From an uncultured Candidatus Saccharibacteria bacterium (GTDB taxonomy: Bacteria > Patescibacteriota > Dojkabacteria > GCA-002793355), in NCBI GenBank assembly GCA_964525295.1, contig CAZGEO010000001.1:440662-504661 (forward strand): a DNA stretch of 64,000 nucleotides, read 5' to 3'. Under the pieces are notes generated by a model. It saw only the letters and a program-made list of their open reading frames with translations. It ran no database searches and had not been told where the DNA came from. The first letter of the stretch is position 1. Every line of letters starts with the position of its first letter. The translations under genes and the position numbers were made by a program. Of the stretch, positions 39,036 through 50,686 are shown piece after piece.

Positions 39036-41867
39036 CTACAAATCCAGGGTTTCTCCAATCGCACTATCAACCTTCAGAGGTATCGAAAGTTTCAAGACAG
39101 ATTCCATAATATCTTTTATCTTTGCGACCTCACCTTCAATGAACGTTGAATCGTCTTTCATTTCAAAAACCAACTCATCATGAATCTGTAAGACTAATCT
39201 CACCTCACCTGACAGCACTTCTGGCAACAACGAGATTCGCCCCATCGCAAGACGCATAATATCATCTGCACCGCCTTGAATCGGCATGTTTATTGCCTCT
39301 CGTTCGGCTGCTTGCACTCGCATTTTATTATTCGCTGTTATCCCTGAAACGAATCTTCTTCTCCCAAGTAAAGATAGAACGTAACCTTTCTCTTTGGCCA
39401 TTGCAATGGTTTCAGCCATATACTTTTTGACTAAAGGAAATTGCGCAAAATATTCTGTTATGAATTTTGCTGCTTCAGAGACCTCAACACCGATAGATTT
39501 TGACAAGCCATAAGAGGACATCCCATACATAAGCCCAAAGTTAATACTCTTTGCAAATCTGCGTTGTTGATCGGTGACCTCAGCAAATGGTACATGGAAG
39601 ACCTTCGCTGCGGTACTTCTGTGAATATCCTGCCCTTGTTTAAATGCCTCGATTAATCCTGGATCTTCCGAAATATGGGCAAGAACCCGCAAATCAATTT
39701 GAGAATAGTCGAGAGAAACAAGTTTGTAACCCTTCTCTGGCACAAAAAATCTTCTAATCACTTTTCCTGCATCTGTTTTCACCGGCAAATTTTGCAGATT
39801 CGGATTACTTGAAGAGAGTCTTCCTGTTGTAGTTCCCATTACCGCGAAAGTTGAATGTACTCTCAGAATATTTCCCTCAACATTAGCATTCTGCAATTTT
39901 TCTGAAACTTCTGGCGCTCCACCAAAAAGATTCATTTGGCTTGTCGCATCTGCAATTACCTTATCTTTTTTGATTCCACTTGCTGACGCCAAAACCAAAT
40001 ATGGCTCCATATACGTAGAAATCAATTTTGAAAGTTGTCTAAATTCTAAAATTTCTTTAATTACAGGATGCGTATCCACCAATCCCTGGAGAACCTCATC
40101 ATCCGTAGAGAAGCCTGTTTTCGTCTTTTTCGCATTTGGTAGTGCTAGATTTCCGAACAATACATTGGCCAACTGTCTTGTTGAACGGATGTTAAATTCA
40201 AAACCTACCAGATCGTATATATTACGTTCAACGAGCGAGAGCTTCTCTTTAAATGCGGCAATTTCCTTATTTACTGTCTCGAGATCAATTGAAATACCTC
40301 GCAAATGCATCAATGCAACACCAAAGATAGCCGGTAAGTCGATATTTTGAGTAAGCCCCAAGGGAACATTCTTGTTTTGCAATAATTCCCACAAGGTATC
40401 GATTCTTGATAAACTCTGGTACTGAGCAACACGCTCAAATTCGCGATGAATACGAATGGCTGCAATTTTAAAAATCTCACTTGCTTTATCGATCAATGCA
40501 TCTGAGAGATTCCCCATGCCATAGAGAAGAAGATCTTCTTGCAATGAATAATCATCACGGCCGGTATGCGTAGTAAAAGAAAGTAATTCTATATCAATAA
40601 TTTTGGCAAAAAGGCTCTGTAAATCAGTCGATGAAATTGTTAACTGTCCTTTATCTGGCGCATTTGCGAAATATTCATAAACGCCAAAAGTCGTTAAGGC
40701 ATTGTGAGTACTCAGCCCTTCAACTAATGCGAGTTTAATACTTTCATTGCAGTATATAAGCAAATATTGACCTTTCGCCGTAAAACTTTGCAGAACATCA
40801 ATTCTTTCTTGTAAAGTTTTTCCTGCAACAGAAAAAGTCTCGATTGTACCAATCTTTACGTCGCCAATTTTTGCAAAATCTTCACTTAACGTGCCCTGCA
40901 AAACATTAGATTTTTCTTCTTTAACTGCCTCAGGAACAATCTCCGTTCCAGTAATAGACATCAACCTATTCAACCGTGGGAATAATGAGCGAAACTGTAA
41001 TTTCGCAAACAATTGTTGCACAACTCCAGGATCAAAGCTTTTTGTTTCCGCATCATCGGGCTTGAATTGTATCGGTGCGGTACGCAAAATAGTTGCCAAT
41101 TCTTTACTCATCCGAGCGCTTTCTTCACCATCAACAAGCAATTGCGCCACTCTTTTACTATCTCTTTCAATATCTGCAATATGGGTATATATCTCTTCGA
41201 TTGTATGAAATTTTGTCAATAAATCGATTGCCGACTTTGGACCAATTCCTTTTACCCCTGGAATGTTGTCAGAAGCATCTCCCATCAATCCTTTTAAATC
41301 AGGGACGTGTACTGGAGCAACTCCCATTGAAGCAAGTACCTTTTCTTCTGTGAACTGTTCTAAATTTCTAAAACTACCTTTTGGTAACACTACCTGTACA
41401 CGTTCATTGACCAGTTGAAAAAGGTCGCGATCTCCAGTTAAAACATACGTTTGTTTTATTGGAGAATAATGAAGTGTCGTCAATTGTTGACACACTGTAC
41501 CTAGAAGATCATCTGCTTCATAACCTTCAACTGCAAAGACAGGAATATTTAACGACTTCAAAACCTCATAAACATACGGTATCTGCGTCAACAATTCGTT
41601 GTCTGTTTGCGGACGGTTAGCTTTATACCCTGCATAGGCAACATGTCTAAACGTAGCTTTTTTCGTATCAAATGCACAGAAGACATATTCAGGTTTATAC
41701 GTAAGAATCGCATCTAGTAACATTGAAGTAAAACCGTAGACTGCATTAACAGGTTGCCCATCAGTCGTTGTAAGTGTTAGCGGATACGCGTGGTACGCTC
41801 TATGAAGCAATGAATTGGCGTCAATTGCCAGAAGTAGTCCTTTTGTTAGCATTAGATATCGTAGCAC
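39036..41867 (-). CDS. polA: DNA polymerase I
   Basis: 5'-3' exonuclease N-terminus, then polymerase motifs RRxAKxINFGLMYG and LQIHDELVFE. Confidence 0.95.
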   Translation of the reverse strand: MLRYLMLTKGLLLAIDANSLLHRAYHAYPLTLTTTDGQPVNAVYGFTSMLLDAILTYKPEYVFCAFDTKKATFRHVAYAGYKANRPQTDNELLTQIPYVYEVLKSLNIPVFAVEGYEADDLLGTVCQQLTTLHYSPIKQTYVLTGDRDLFQLVNERVQVVLPKGSFRNLEQFTEEKVLASMGVAPVHVPDLKGLMGDASDNIPGVKGIGPKSAIDLLTKFHTIEEIYTHIADIERDSKRVAQLLVDGEESARMSKELATILRTAPIQFKPDDAETKSFDPGVVQQLFAKLQFRSLFPRLNRLMSITGTEIVPEAVKEEKSNVLQGTLSEDFAKIGDVKIGTIETFSVAGKTLQERIDVLQSFTAKGQYLLIYCNESIKLALVEGLSTHNALTTFGVYEYFANAPDKGQLTISSTDLQSLFAKIIDIELLSFTTHTGRDDYSLQEDLLLYGMGNLSDALIDKASEIFKIAAIRIHREFERVAQYQSLSRIDTLWELLQNKNVPLGLTQNIDLPAIFGVALMHLRGISIDLETVNKEIAAFKEKLSLVERNIYDLVGFEFNIRSTRQLANVLFGNLALPNAKKTKTGFSTDDEVLQGLVDTHPVIKEILEFRQLSKLISTYMEPYLVLASASGIKKDKVIADATSQMNLFGGAPEVSEKLQNANVEGNILRVHSTFAVMGTTTGRLSSSNPNLQNLPVKTDAGKVIRRFFVPEKGYKLVSLDYSQIDLRVLAHISEDPGLIEAFKQGQDIHRSTAAKVFHVPFAEVTDQQRRFAKSINFGLMYGMSSYGLSKSIGVEVSEAAKFITEYFAQFPLVKKYMAETIAMAKEKGYVLSLLGRRRFVSGITANNKMRVQAAEREAINMPIQGGADDIMRLAMGRISLLPEVLSGEVRLVLQIHDELVFEMKDDSTFIEGEVAKIKDIMESVLKLSIPLKVDSAIGETLDL

Positions 41868-42865
41868 ATAATGTGCATAACCTGCTCGAAAATTTCAGAA
41901 GCTGACATTTTTTCTGCAACCGACATCGTTTCAATAAAATGTGGTTTAAAGTTGATCTTTGGACGATCATCGTGGGCACAATATACCGCTCCCTCCGCCA
42001 ATAAACTTTCTGAAGAGTTCGATTCTGCTAGTCGTTTTTGCAAATTTGCATAAGCTTCTTCAGACATATCTTTTATTCCATAAAAGTTTCTTACATATGA
42101 TTTTTTAGCCGATTTCAATGTGACTGAAAGAAGGGAAACATGTTGATAGCCTCCAATACCGATAAAGGCATCATCAAAAACACCTTTTTCTTCGGTAGGA
42201 AGCTGATCTATGATGTCTGATAATTGTTTTGACTGGACTTGCATATTATTTCCTGGTCCTTGAATACTCATCGACAAAGCGCTTAGCTCATCAATCGTAA
42301 CGTTCAATTCCTTGAGTATGTCTGCTGCAGCGGCATTTTTCGATACATAATGAGCAGTTATATAATTAGCTATTGGTTTTGAGATATATCTTTCGGATTG
42401 CCATGCATAAATAACTCTAACAAAATCCTTGGGGCTCAGCTTTAACTGAATTAAGGTCTCTGCAAATTCTTTGATCGCAAGGCGAGTAATGTTTATTGGC
42501 AACTCCCAGAATACTGTTGTTTCTCCTCCGTGATTGATGAGGAAAGCTTTTACAGAAGTATCTCGTCGAACGGCATCGATAACACCGATCTCTATAAGTC
42601 TTCTCACGAGTGTATTGCCATCGCCGAGAATACGCATGGCATTTTGCAATAATTGACAGGATTGCTCCTTATCAACATTTCTCAGGGCAACTTCTTTACT
42701 TTTGATACCTAACGCAGTTAGTAGGGGCCTCGTTACAACACCTGTTGACTTCTCTACAGGATCAAGTTGAACCCAAGACTCACTCGAATAAGATTCACAA
42801 GACCTAGCCGGCAACAAATATCTTGCAACACCTGCGGCAGTATTCTGTGTCCCTAACATCTGCAA
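41852..42865 (-). CDS. Hypothetical protein
   Basis: 337-aa ORF that overlaps the polA start by 16 bp. Confidence 0.4.
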   Translation of the reverse strand: MQMLGTQNTAAGVARYLLPARSCESYSSESWVQLDPVEKSTGVVTRPLLTALGIKSKEVALRNVDKEQSCQLLQNAMRILGDGNTLVRRLIEIGVIDAVRRDTSVKAFLINHGGETTVFWELPINITRLAIKEFAETLIQLKLSPKDFVRVIYAWQSERYISKPIANYITAHYVSKNAAAADILKELNVTIDELSALSMSIQGPGNNMQVQSKQLSDIIDQLPTEEKGVFDDAFIGIGGYQHVSLLSVTLKSAKKSYVRNFYGIKDMSEEAYANLQKRLAESNSSESLLAEGAVYCAHDDRPKINFKPHFIETMSVAEKMSASEIFEQVMHIMCYDI

Positions 42866-42889
42866 TTATACTACAGGATAGCAACAAAA

Positions 42890-44452
42890 TCACCTTGCAC
42901 GATAAATCTTCAACCCTTCTCTCTCGGCTACGAGTTCATTCATCTTCGAAAAGTCTGACAAATCTTTGTCAGATAGTAACCAGGCGAATTCACCGGAATC
43001 AGCCGAACGTTTAATTTCATCCACATTATAGAACTCAAAGGGAAAAACTTCACCGAGATAAAATGCTAATTGCTGTGAAGTAACAAACGGTTCATTCTCT
43101 AAATACAAAAGAACTTTCTGGCCTTTTTGACGTCTTCTATCGAGTTCTTGAACAATTGAATTCACTTTACGAGGTGACACTCGTTCAGCAAAATACCTCA
43201 ATTCTTCATTACCTGATTTATCATTACGAAACTCACGCAAGGTTTGAAAATATGGTCGATACTCAACAGTCGATTGGAATAATTTCACACGATTCTTCTC
43301 TACCTGAAGCATCTTTTGAGATCCATAAATAATTCCAATATTGCCATTGCCCGAGAGATTCATGTAGTAAAACAAGAAACCGAATAAAAGAACCAGCAAT
43401 GCTTTCAATTCAATTGTGTTTGGTGCTTGCTCAGTTTGTTTCCATAATTTCGCTAGCGCTACACCTGCTAAGAGATAAAATGGAAAAGCAAAATACAGAA
43501 TAAATCTGATATCTTGCCACCCATAGAAGAAGGTAAAAAAGACGGCATATGGGGCAAAAAGTATGAATAACAAGCCAATCTTTTTCAGTAACAGCTGATT
43601 ATTTATAAGCAATCTATATACTGCAACGATCGCCAAAATTAGAACCGGAATACTTAATACTGGTGCTAATGACAATAGATAAAAAGTTATCCCTTTTGAG
43701 GTGATTGTTAAGAATTCGAAATGAGCAACCAACGAATAAACCCAACTTCCGAAAGTAACCTGTCTGTATGCAAAAAATGACAAGAAAATGAATAATGCTG
43801 GAACAGCAGTAAACAGATAGCGCTTAAAATTCTTCTGCACAACAGTCAGTGATTTTGCTTCGAGAATATCTAAAAGAACCAACATTGGACCAATAAATAC
43901 ACCTACATATTGCGTCAATCCAGCGATACCCATCAAAATCCCAGACCAAAATGCGTAGCCGATTTTTTCTTTACCTAACAACCAGAAATATAGTGATGCA
44001 AGTATGAACATAACTGCCAATGTGTCGACCATTCCATAAAAGTCAAAGAAGCGATGATTGTAATAATTTGCATAAAAAAGTAGAGCCGCTCCAATGCCGA
44101 TATTTTTTTCTCCAGTCAATTTTGTTGCAAGCAAATAGAAAAGTACAAACACACAAACGAAAGCTACCGCATTCAGGATATAAAGATACTGTCCTTCGAT
44201 TACTATGAATGGCAGATAAAGCAATGAGGGAATTGGCGGATGCATGTAGGGAGTATCGGCCTGCCCCAAATAAAAGCGTGCATCAGAAAGTCTTCGCCAC
44301 AAATCTTGATGTAAGTATGGGTATTCTTCAAGTGTTACAGTACCAAATACGCTAATTTTGTAGATGACATAAAACGCAGAAAAAAAGAATAGTATCGTTT
44401 CAATTGGATGGGTAGCAATAAATTGCCATACTTTCAGAAGAATTGATTTCAT
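42890..44452 (-). CDS. GT-C fold membrane glycosyltransferase (ArnT/PMT-like)
   Basis: About 11 transmembrane helices in the N-terminal ~350 aa, then a soluble C-terminal domain. Confidence 0.4.
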   Translation of the reverse strand: MKSILLKVWQFIATHPIETILFFFSAFYVIYKISVFGTVTLEEYPYLHQDLWRRLSDARFYLGQADTPYMHPPIPSLLYLPFIVIEGQYLYILNAVAFVCVFVLFYLLATKLTGEKNIGIGAALLFYANYYNHRFFDFYGMVDTLAVMFILASLYFWLLGKEKIGYAFWSGILMGIAGLTQYVGVFIGPMLVLLDILEAKSLTVVQKNFKRYLFTAVPALFIFLSFFAYRQVTFGSWVYSLVAHFEFLTITSKGITFYLLSLAPVLSIPVLILAIVAVYRLLINNQLLLKKIGLLFILFAPYAVFFTFFYGWQDIRFILYFAFPFYLLAGVALAKLWKQTEQAPNTIELKALLVLLFGFLFYYMNLSGNGNIGIIYGSQKMLQVEKNRVKLFQSTVEYRPYFQTLREFRNDKSGNEELRYFAERVSPRKVNSIVQELDRRRQKGQKVLLYLENEPFVTSQQLAFYLGEVFPFEFYNVDEIKRSADSGEFAWLLSDKDLSDFSKMNELVAEREGLKIYRAR

Positions 44453-44469
44453 AGCGTATTATACCCTAA

Positions 44470-45177
44470 TTACGACCATTTTTTGACGAGTTCAAGATTT
44501 GGCAAGACATAGCTGCCACTTGAAACTGTCGGTAGTCCCATTTGAAAACCAACTTCGGCAATTTTTTTAGCAATTATGTATTGTCCAACCTCATTTGGAT
44601 GCAAAAAGTCAGGCATTCCCGTCTGTAAACCGAACAATTCACTCTTTTCAGAAGCCAATAACGTAAAAACCTTTGATAACTCGATTCCATCGAATTCATG
44701 GAAGACATCGACATAAACTCCTTCATATTCTTGCATCTTTTGCTTATATATTCTTTCTAGTGCATGAGTAGCATCTCTTCCGACACCTCCACTAAAAGGA
44801 TACGGCGACCACGCAATTATAGGAATATTATTCTTTTGCAAAACATTTAGTAACATATCCAACTCATTAAGGAACGTAGGCTCTTCAAAGGTTGGAAAAA
44901 GCGGTGTCGCACCAACCGAAAGAACAATAACATCAGGCTTCAGTTGAACTGCATAATGTGTTATATAAGTTGCGAGGTGACGTAATGTGGCTCTTGAGTA
45001 TGCAGTATTAATTACCTGTCTACGCCACGCTTTTTGAGGCTCTACCATCTCCCAAAGAGCTCGCTGAAGCCAATCGCTCCAACTCGGTTTAACTGGTGCT
45101 TGAGCAGTTACCGCATCACCCACACAAACAACGCGAAAAAAATCTCCTTCCGACAACTTTTGTTGATAGGCAGTCAT
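44470..45177 (-). CDS. SGNH/GDSL-family hydrolase
   Basis: Block I VCVGDAVT and block V DFLHPNEVG. Confidence 0.5.
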   Translation of the reverse strand: MTAYQQKLSEGDFFRVVCVGDAVTAQAPVKPSWSDWLQRALWEMVEPQKAWRRQVINTAYSRATLRHLATYITHYAVQLKPDVIVLSVGATPLFPTFEEPTFLNELDMLLNVLQKNNIPIIAWSPYPFSGGVGRDATHALERIYKQKMQEYEGVYVDVFHEFDGIELSKVFTLLASEKSELFGLQTGMPDFLHPNEVGQYIIAKKIAEVGFQMGLPTVSSGSYVLPNLELVKKWS

Positions 45178-45188
45178 AATCTATTATG

Positions 45189-45998
45189 CTAGTCTCTGAA
45201 CGCAAGTGCAAGCCCCTGACGAGAAGAAGAAATGGTAATAGTAATACTCAGGCCTGCACGCCCCTCTTTTCGCCAAGTATTTCCATCCAATTTTTCCAAT
45301 TGATATTTGCTCAGGTCGAGCTGCCCAGTCTTATCTTTTATATTGAGGGTTGCATCATTTGCCACGAGTAAAAGAATCTCTGATTGAACATTCCTAATAT
45401 CCAATTCATATTGGGCATCTTCAGTCGGAATTTTGATGGTAACGTCACTTTCCTGAGCGAAAAGTTTCAATTTTGTAATTGATGTTTGTTGTAAATCAAT
45501 GGTTGCGCTGTTATTGCGCAATGCTAATTGCAGCGATTTCTCGCCACTTTCATTGAGCGTCGCCCAAACCTTTGAATCACGGCGAGAAATCGCGTTCAAC
45601 TGACTCTTCGCAGAAAATTTTTGGAAGTGCGAAACGGGATTATCCTGCAGAATGAAATGCCCCCGTGGAGCATACGAAATGATGTATGCGGCGGAATCGG
45701 CCGCAACACCCTGAAGCTGGAATTCTGTATTAGTGACCTCAATTTGTAATGAATTTGTATTACGAGATATCGGAAACTTTTCGTAAGAATACGGCTGCAC
45801 CAAAAAATATATCAAACGTAATCCCCAAAGAAGCAACGTCAGCACGACGAAAAAAACACGAAAAATCCAAGAAAACTTGCCTTCGAACCAATTTACTTTG
45901 CCTACAGCGATAAACAAAACGCCGATAATTAACCAAATTGGCCAGATAAAAACAACAAAGCTTGCAAACTGCTGCACCTGATAGAGCAGCTCAGCCAT
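45189..45998 (-). CDS. Hypothetical membrane-anchored protein
   Basis: Two N-terminal transmembrane helices and no recognisable motifs. Confidence 0.4.
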   Translation of the reverse strand: MAELLYQVQQFASFVVFIWPIWLIIGVLFIAVGKVNWFEGKFSWIFRVFFVVLTLLLWGLRLIYFLVQPYSYEKFPISRNTNSLQIEVTNTEFQLQGVAADSAAYIISYAPRGHFILQDNPVSHFQKFSAKSQLNAISRRDSKVWATLNESGEKSLQLALRNNSATIDLQQTSITKLKLFAQESDVTIKIPTEDAQYELDIRNVQSEILLLVANDATLNIKDKTGQLDLSKYQLEKLDGNTWRKEGRAGLSITITISSSRQGLALAFRD

Positions 45999-45999
45999 A

Positions 46000-47946
46000 C
46001 TACTCTACCTTTGAAGTATTTCGAGCCTTGATCCAATCGGTAACACTCAACATCTTTGATTTTGGCTTTTCTGGCATCTTCTCAACGCCATGTTCAGCAA
46101 CGAGTCTCGCGAATTCTTCACCATTCAAGGTTTCCTTTACCAACAGCTCATTTGCAACAACTTCAAGAAGTTTCTTTTCACGTTTAAGAATTTTCTTAGC
46201 AAGCTCATACTGAGTCTCGATCGTCCCTTTCACTTCTTCATCCATCTTTAATGCTGTTTCGTCACTATATTTAATCTTAGAAGAAAGAATGTCAAAATCA
46301 TCACCTTTGTCATATTGCACAAAACCGAGCTTGTCATTCATACCTATTCTCTTAACCATAACATTTGCGAGGTTAGTAACCATTTCGATGTCACCTGCTG
46401 CGCCAGCTGAAATTTTGTCAGAACCAAAAATCATCTCTTCCGCTACACGTCCTGCGGTACCAACCGCAATGCGGGCAAGCATCGAAGCCTTTGTCATGTG
46501 AGTAGAGGTAGTATCTGAAACTAAATAGGTCGATCCTAACGAATCTCCTCGTGGAATAATAGTAATAGTCTTTACTGGATCAGAGTCTTTCAAGAAAGCA
46601 CCTACAATTGCGTGCCCAGCTTCGTGATAAGCGGTTGTCGTTAAGTCTTCTTCTGTAACCATCATACTTGCACGGCGAGGTCCCATAGATACTTTCAAGG
46701 TTGCTTCACGTAAATCATATTGAATTATTTCTTTTCTTTTTGCTCTTACTGCCAAGATTGCTGCTTCATTCAAGACATTCTCTAAATCAGCGCCTGAGAA
46801 TCCTACGGTGAATTGTGCAACCATATCCATATCAATATCTGCGGAGAACTTTTTGTTTGCAGCATGAACCATGATAATTTCTTTTCTTTCAGCAACATCT
46901 GGCAAGGTTAAGCGAATATTTCTATCGAATCTACCAGGTCGCAAAATAGCTGGATCTAGAACATCTGGTCTATTTGTTGCTGCAATAACAATTACAGCAT
47001 CTCGTTTCTCGAAACCATCCATCTCAACCAAGATCTGGTTCAAAGTTTGTTCTGAATGAGATGATTTGTAATCCATACCTCTTCGGCGAGCTACGGCGTC
47101 AATTTCATCAATAAAAATGATACTTGGAGCGAGGTTCTTTGCTCTCTTGAAAAGGTCACGAACACGAGCTGCTCCAGCACCTACTAACATTTCTTCAAAT
47201 TCAGGCCCAGAAGTGTGAAAAAATGGCACTTTTGCTTCACCTGCGACGGCGCGAGCTAATAATGTTTTACCTGTTCCTGGTTCACCAACTAGCATAACAC
47301 CACGTGGAATGCGTGCGCCCATCTCAAAAAATTGTTTTGGATTCTTCAAGAAATCAACAATTTCTTTGATTTCTTCTTTTGCCTCTTTTGCGCCAGCTAC
47401 ATCTTTAAATGTTGTATTTGGTCTTTTACCGATAATAACACTTGCAGAACTCTTACCAAATGAGGTTAATCCACCGCCAGTTGCATTTTGCTTCTGAATT
47501 GCGCGAACGAAACTCCATACCCCATACGCAACTACACCCATCAAAATCAAACCACCAAGATTTAATAATGCATTGGTCATATCTGCATTATCAATAACCA
47601 GTTTTGCATTTAGGTCTGAAAGTTTAATTCCTTCATCTTGAAGTAAACTTGAAAAAGCTGATTGCCCTTCAATTTTTGCATAAGAACGGCTTCCATCTTC
47701 CTTTTTCAATTGCACAATGCCAGTTCTGACAACGATTTCTGTTGTCTTGTTTTCTTTAATTTCCTTTACTGCTTGTTGCAAAGGAATTTCTGGTCCTTGT
47801 TGCCACACTGAATAACCTTGAAAAAGTGTCCAACCTACTAATATTGCTGCAATCATCCACATTGCTCGCCTTACGGTATCACCGGTAATTTCGCCTTCAA
47901 CTATAACTGCTCTGTCTTTCGTTTCTTTTGCCATAATTTGTTTCAA
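46000..47946 (-). CDS. ftsH: ATP-dependent zinc metalloprotease FtsH
   Basis: AAA Walker [19 protein letters not shown] and the protease HEAGHAIV motif. Confidence 0.95.
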   Translation of the reverse strand: MKQIMAKETKDRAVIVEGEITGDTVRRAMWMIAAILVGWTLFQGYSVWQQGPEIPLQQAVKEIKENKTTEIVVRTGIVQLKKEDGSRSYAKIEGQSAFSSLLQDEGIKLSDLNAKLVIDNADMTNALLNLGGLILMGVVAYGVWSFVRAIQKQNATGGGLTSFGKSSASVIIGKRPNTTFKDVAGAKEAKEEIKEIVDFLKNPKQFFEMGARIPRGVMLVGEPGTGKTLLARAVAGEAKVPFFHTSGPEFEEMLVGAGAARVRDLFKRAKNLAPSIIFIDEIDAVARRRGMDYKSSHSEQTLNQILVEMDGFEKRDAVIVIAATNRPDVLDPAILRPGRFDRNIRLTLPDVAERKEIIMVHAANKKFSADIDMDMVAQFTVGFSGADLENVLNEAAILAVRAKRKEIIQYDLREATLKVSMGPRRASMMVTEEDLTTTAYHEAGHAIVGAFLKDSDPVKTITIIPRGDSLGSTYLVSDTTSTHMTKASMLARIAVGTAGRVAEEMIFGSDKISAGAAGDIEMVTNLANVMVKRIGMNDKLGFVQYDKGDDFDILSSKIKYSDETALKMDEEVKGTIETQYELAKKILKREKKLLEVVANELLVKETLNGEEFARLVAEHGVEKMPEKPKSKMLSVTDWIKARNTSKVE

Positions 47947-48149
47947 AACAATATAATTATCGCTTTTCAGCGGTATAGATATTGTAGCAGACAGACAAAG
48001 AGAGTGCTAATTAATTATCAATTCTCAATTTTCAATTCACTATGCGTTAGATCGATAAAGAGATAATGCAATAAAGCATTCGAGCATTAATACTCAAAGC
48101 GTTGAAGAATTAACAGTTTGGTAAGTTTAAAAGTGAAAAAATTGAAAAT

Positions 48150-48223
48150 TGGTGGCGAGCAGGATCGGACTGCTGACCTTGGGGTTATGAATCCCATGCT
48201 CTAACCAACTGAGCTACGCCACC
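48150..48223 (-). tRNA. tRNA with anticodon CAT, either elongator Met or lysidine-type Ile2
   Basis: The acceptor stem GGTGGCG pairs with CGCCACC, so pair 1:72 is G:C and the tRNA is not an initiator. The anticodon loop is TTCATAA. The T-loop TCCGATC is unusual, with C at position 55. Confidence 0.7.
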
Positions 48224-48375
48224 AAGTGTTGAATTGTAGCAAAATAATTGATATTTCTCAATCTTCCCCTTACACTAAAGGATTAAAGCTTTAAAGCAAA
48301 AAAGCAGTAACGTTTTAACTAACAAACGACAAATTCACTTTCATTGAAAATTGATAATTGCAAATTAACAATTAT

Positions 48376-49266
48376 TTACAGTTCTCTCAAACTCTCTCGA
48401 TCTCCCCCATCATCTTGCTTTTTGATGATATCGAGGTATTTCTCAGTTGTTGAAATTCTCTTATGACCAACAATTTTTGCAACTGTTAAAACATTCACGC
48501 CGTTTGCCAAGTGATGTGCAATGAACGTATTGCGAATATCATTTACTGTAGCATTCTTGATGCCTGCTCGTGAAAATGCTCGTTTAATTGCAGAGCGCAT
48601 ATTCCGAATAGGAATAGGATTTCCACTTTTAGTAATAAAAATATTCTTAATACCGACTGCAGTTGCAGGTCGAATTCGAAGATAATCTTGAATCGATTGG
48701 TAAGCAGTTTCATTTAACGGAACATTTCTCATTGAGTGAGAGCCAAATGTCTGAATATGCAAATAGCGATGCCCCATTGGAGTGACACGAATATCTTCTG
48801 TACTTAAACGCTGTAATTCTCCGATACGAAGGCCTGTCTGAAGTAGTAACTCAACCATAGTATACAGACGGGTATCTACTCTACTAGCGTCACGAAGGGC
48901 GCGATATTCAATGCGATTAAGGGTACGAGGTGTTTTAGCCTCAATCTTTGGATGAGACAACTTTAACGAAGGGTCAATTGCTTCTGAAACGATTCCTTGT
49001 TCGCGTAAATATTTAAAGAAGGTACGAATACTATTGATTTTTCTTGAGATAGTCTTCAAGTTGAAGCCTTTCTCGACTTGTAGAAACTGCAAGAATGATT
49101 TCAGAAGATCGGTAGTTACTGCCGAAATAGAAGTGACACCTTTTGCTGCAAGATACTCTTGAACTTGCTCGATATCTTTCTTATAGGCAACTAAAGTTGA
49201 AGCAGATTTTCCTTTACTTTTAAGATATTCAATGAACTTTTCTATCAATTCTGCTGCAAGTGCCAT
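48376..49266 (-). CDS. Tyrosine recombinase (XerC/XerD-like)
   Basis: Box I TGLRIGEL and C-terminal ...DIRNTFIAHHL...IVGHKRISTTEKYLDI, with Arg, His and the catalytic Tyr all aligned. Confidence 0.75.
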   Translation of the reverse strand: MALAAELIEKFIEYLKSKGKSASTLVAYKKDIEQVQEYLAAKGVTSISAVTTDLLKSFLQFLQVEKGFNLKTISRKINSIRTFFKYLREQGIVSEAIDPSLKLSHPKIEAKTPRTLNRIEYRALRDASRVDTRLYTMVELLLQTGLRIGELQRLSTEDIRVTPMGHRYLHIQTFGSHSMRNVPLNETAYQSIQDYLRIRPATAVGIKNIFITKSGNPIPIRNMRSAIKRAFSRAGIKNATVNDIRNTFIAHHLANGVNVLTVAKIVGHKRISTTEKYLDIIKKQDDGGDRESLREL

Positions 49267-49553
49267 ATCTTTTCGCCTTCATCTAATTCAGTTTTGCCAC
49301 GAAAACGAGTGCTTGGTTTTTATTGGTTGCATCGATATAAACCAAGTGCCACCCTTTCCGATTGACTTATAACAATTATATCAAGGTCAAGACTTCTTTT
49401 CAATCCCAGTTCTGTTTTTTCAACTCGAATCGACAAACAGAATGCATTCCTAATAATTATTAAACGCATTCGCACAGAAGAATTCCCCGCATATCGTACT
49501 AAACTGGTTGCACTAAAAAGCCCTATAACCTCAAAACACAAATTTCATCAATT

Positions 49554-49946
49554 TTGCTATACTTAAAGGTGAATAAAACCTTTGGGTATGCCTTATTTTT
49601 CTTTGCCTGCACAATACTTTCGGTTAATGCAGCTCGATCGATATCTGAATCATACACAATTGGCACAGTTTATGTACAAAGAAAAATTGATACTCAAAAA
49701 CAATACCTAGAGTTAATAAAGAAAAAGAATGAACTAGACTACATAAGTAGCCCCTTTTTTATTGAAAAGCAGCTGCGAGAAAGTTTAAAATACTACAGGC
49801 AAGGAGAAAAACTTCTCGTGTTTACAAAACCTTTAGAAATTGCAACAAATTCTCAACTAGTGGCGGTAGAACGTCCAACGCTTCCACCTTACGAACAATG
49901 GCGAAATTTCCTATTAACTGGAATTCTGGCACCTTACGAACAGTAA
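49554..49946 (+). CDS. Hypothetical secreted protein
   Basis: Signal-peptide-like N-terminus. Confidence 0.35.
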   Translation: MLYLKVNKTFGYALFFFACTILSVNAARSISESYTIGTVYVQRKIDTQKQYLELIKKKNELDYISSPFFIEKQLRESLKYYRQGEKLLVFTKPLEIATNSQLVAVERPTLPPYEQWRNFLLTGILAPYEQ

Positions 49947-49951
49947 TCGCT

Positions 49952-50686
49952 TCAATCTGCCAAAAATTTTCTCAATTCGATAACTTCACTCGGAGTCAAT
50001 TCACGATACGGCTTGTTTTCAAGCTGAGATAACCTAAAAGGACCAAGATCTGTACGAATTAAAGAGAGAACTTCAACTTCTAACGCCCGCATAGCTTCAC
50101 GAATTTCACGTTTTTTCCCTTCTATCAATGTAATTCTGTATGTATTTGTTGATATCTCTACAATATCCAAAAAATGATATTCTTCGCCTAGTCGCCCAAC
50201 GATCCCTTCACGAAGACTAGCAAGTTCATTTTCATTAAGACTTCTTGAAACCACAACTTCATACTTTTTTGGAATTTCGAATTTTGGATGCGTCAATTTG
50301 TAAACTACCTCTCCATCATTAGTTATCAAAACCAATCCTTCAGAAAGTTTATCGAGTCTGCCTGCAATTTGCCATAATCCAGATTTTATAACATTTTCTG
50401 GCAACAAATCGAGAACACTACTCTCAGCAAACTTATCTTTAGTTGTTGAAGTCACCCCAATTGGTTTATTCACAAGAAAATATCTTTTTAAACTGGCTTG
50501 CGTTCGCTGTATTGAAGAAATTTGTTTACCATCTACCATAATCACCTCAGTTCCATCGACTTGTTGACCAATATGTGCAGTTTCTCCATCAACAGTCACC
50601 CGACCTTCTGCAATTAATTCTTCAGATGCTCTGCGTGAGGCAACACCGAAATCTCTTAACAAAACATGTATCTTTGGCATATTCAT
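49952..50686 (-). CDS. Pseudouridine synthase (RsuA/RluB family) with an N-terminal S4 domain
   Basis: An S4 motif, then GRLDKLSEGLVLITNDG. Confidence 0.85.
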   Translation of the reverse strand: MNMPKIHVLLRDFGVASRRASEELIAEGRVTVDGETAHIGQQVDGTEVIMVDGKQISSIQRTQASLKRYFLVNKPIGVTSTTKDKFAESSVLDLLPENVIKSGLWQIAGRLDKLSEGLVLITNDGEVVYKLTHPKFEIPKKYEVVVSRSLNENELASLREGIVGRLGEEYHFLDIVEISTNTYRITLIEGKKREIREAMRALEVEVLSLIRTDLGPFRLSQLENKPYRELTPSEVIELRKFLAD

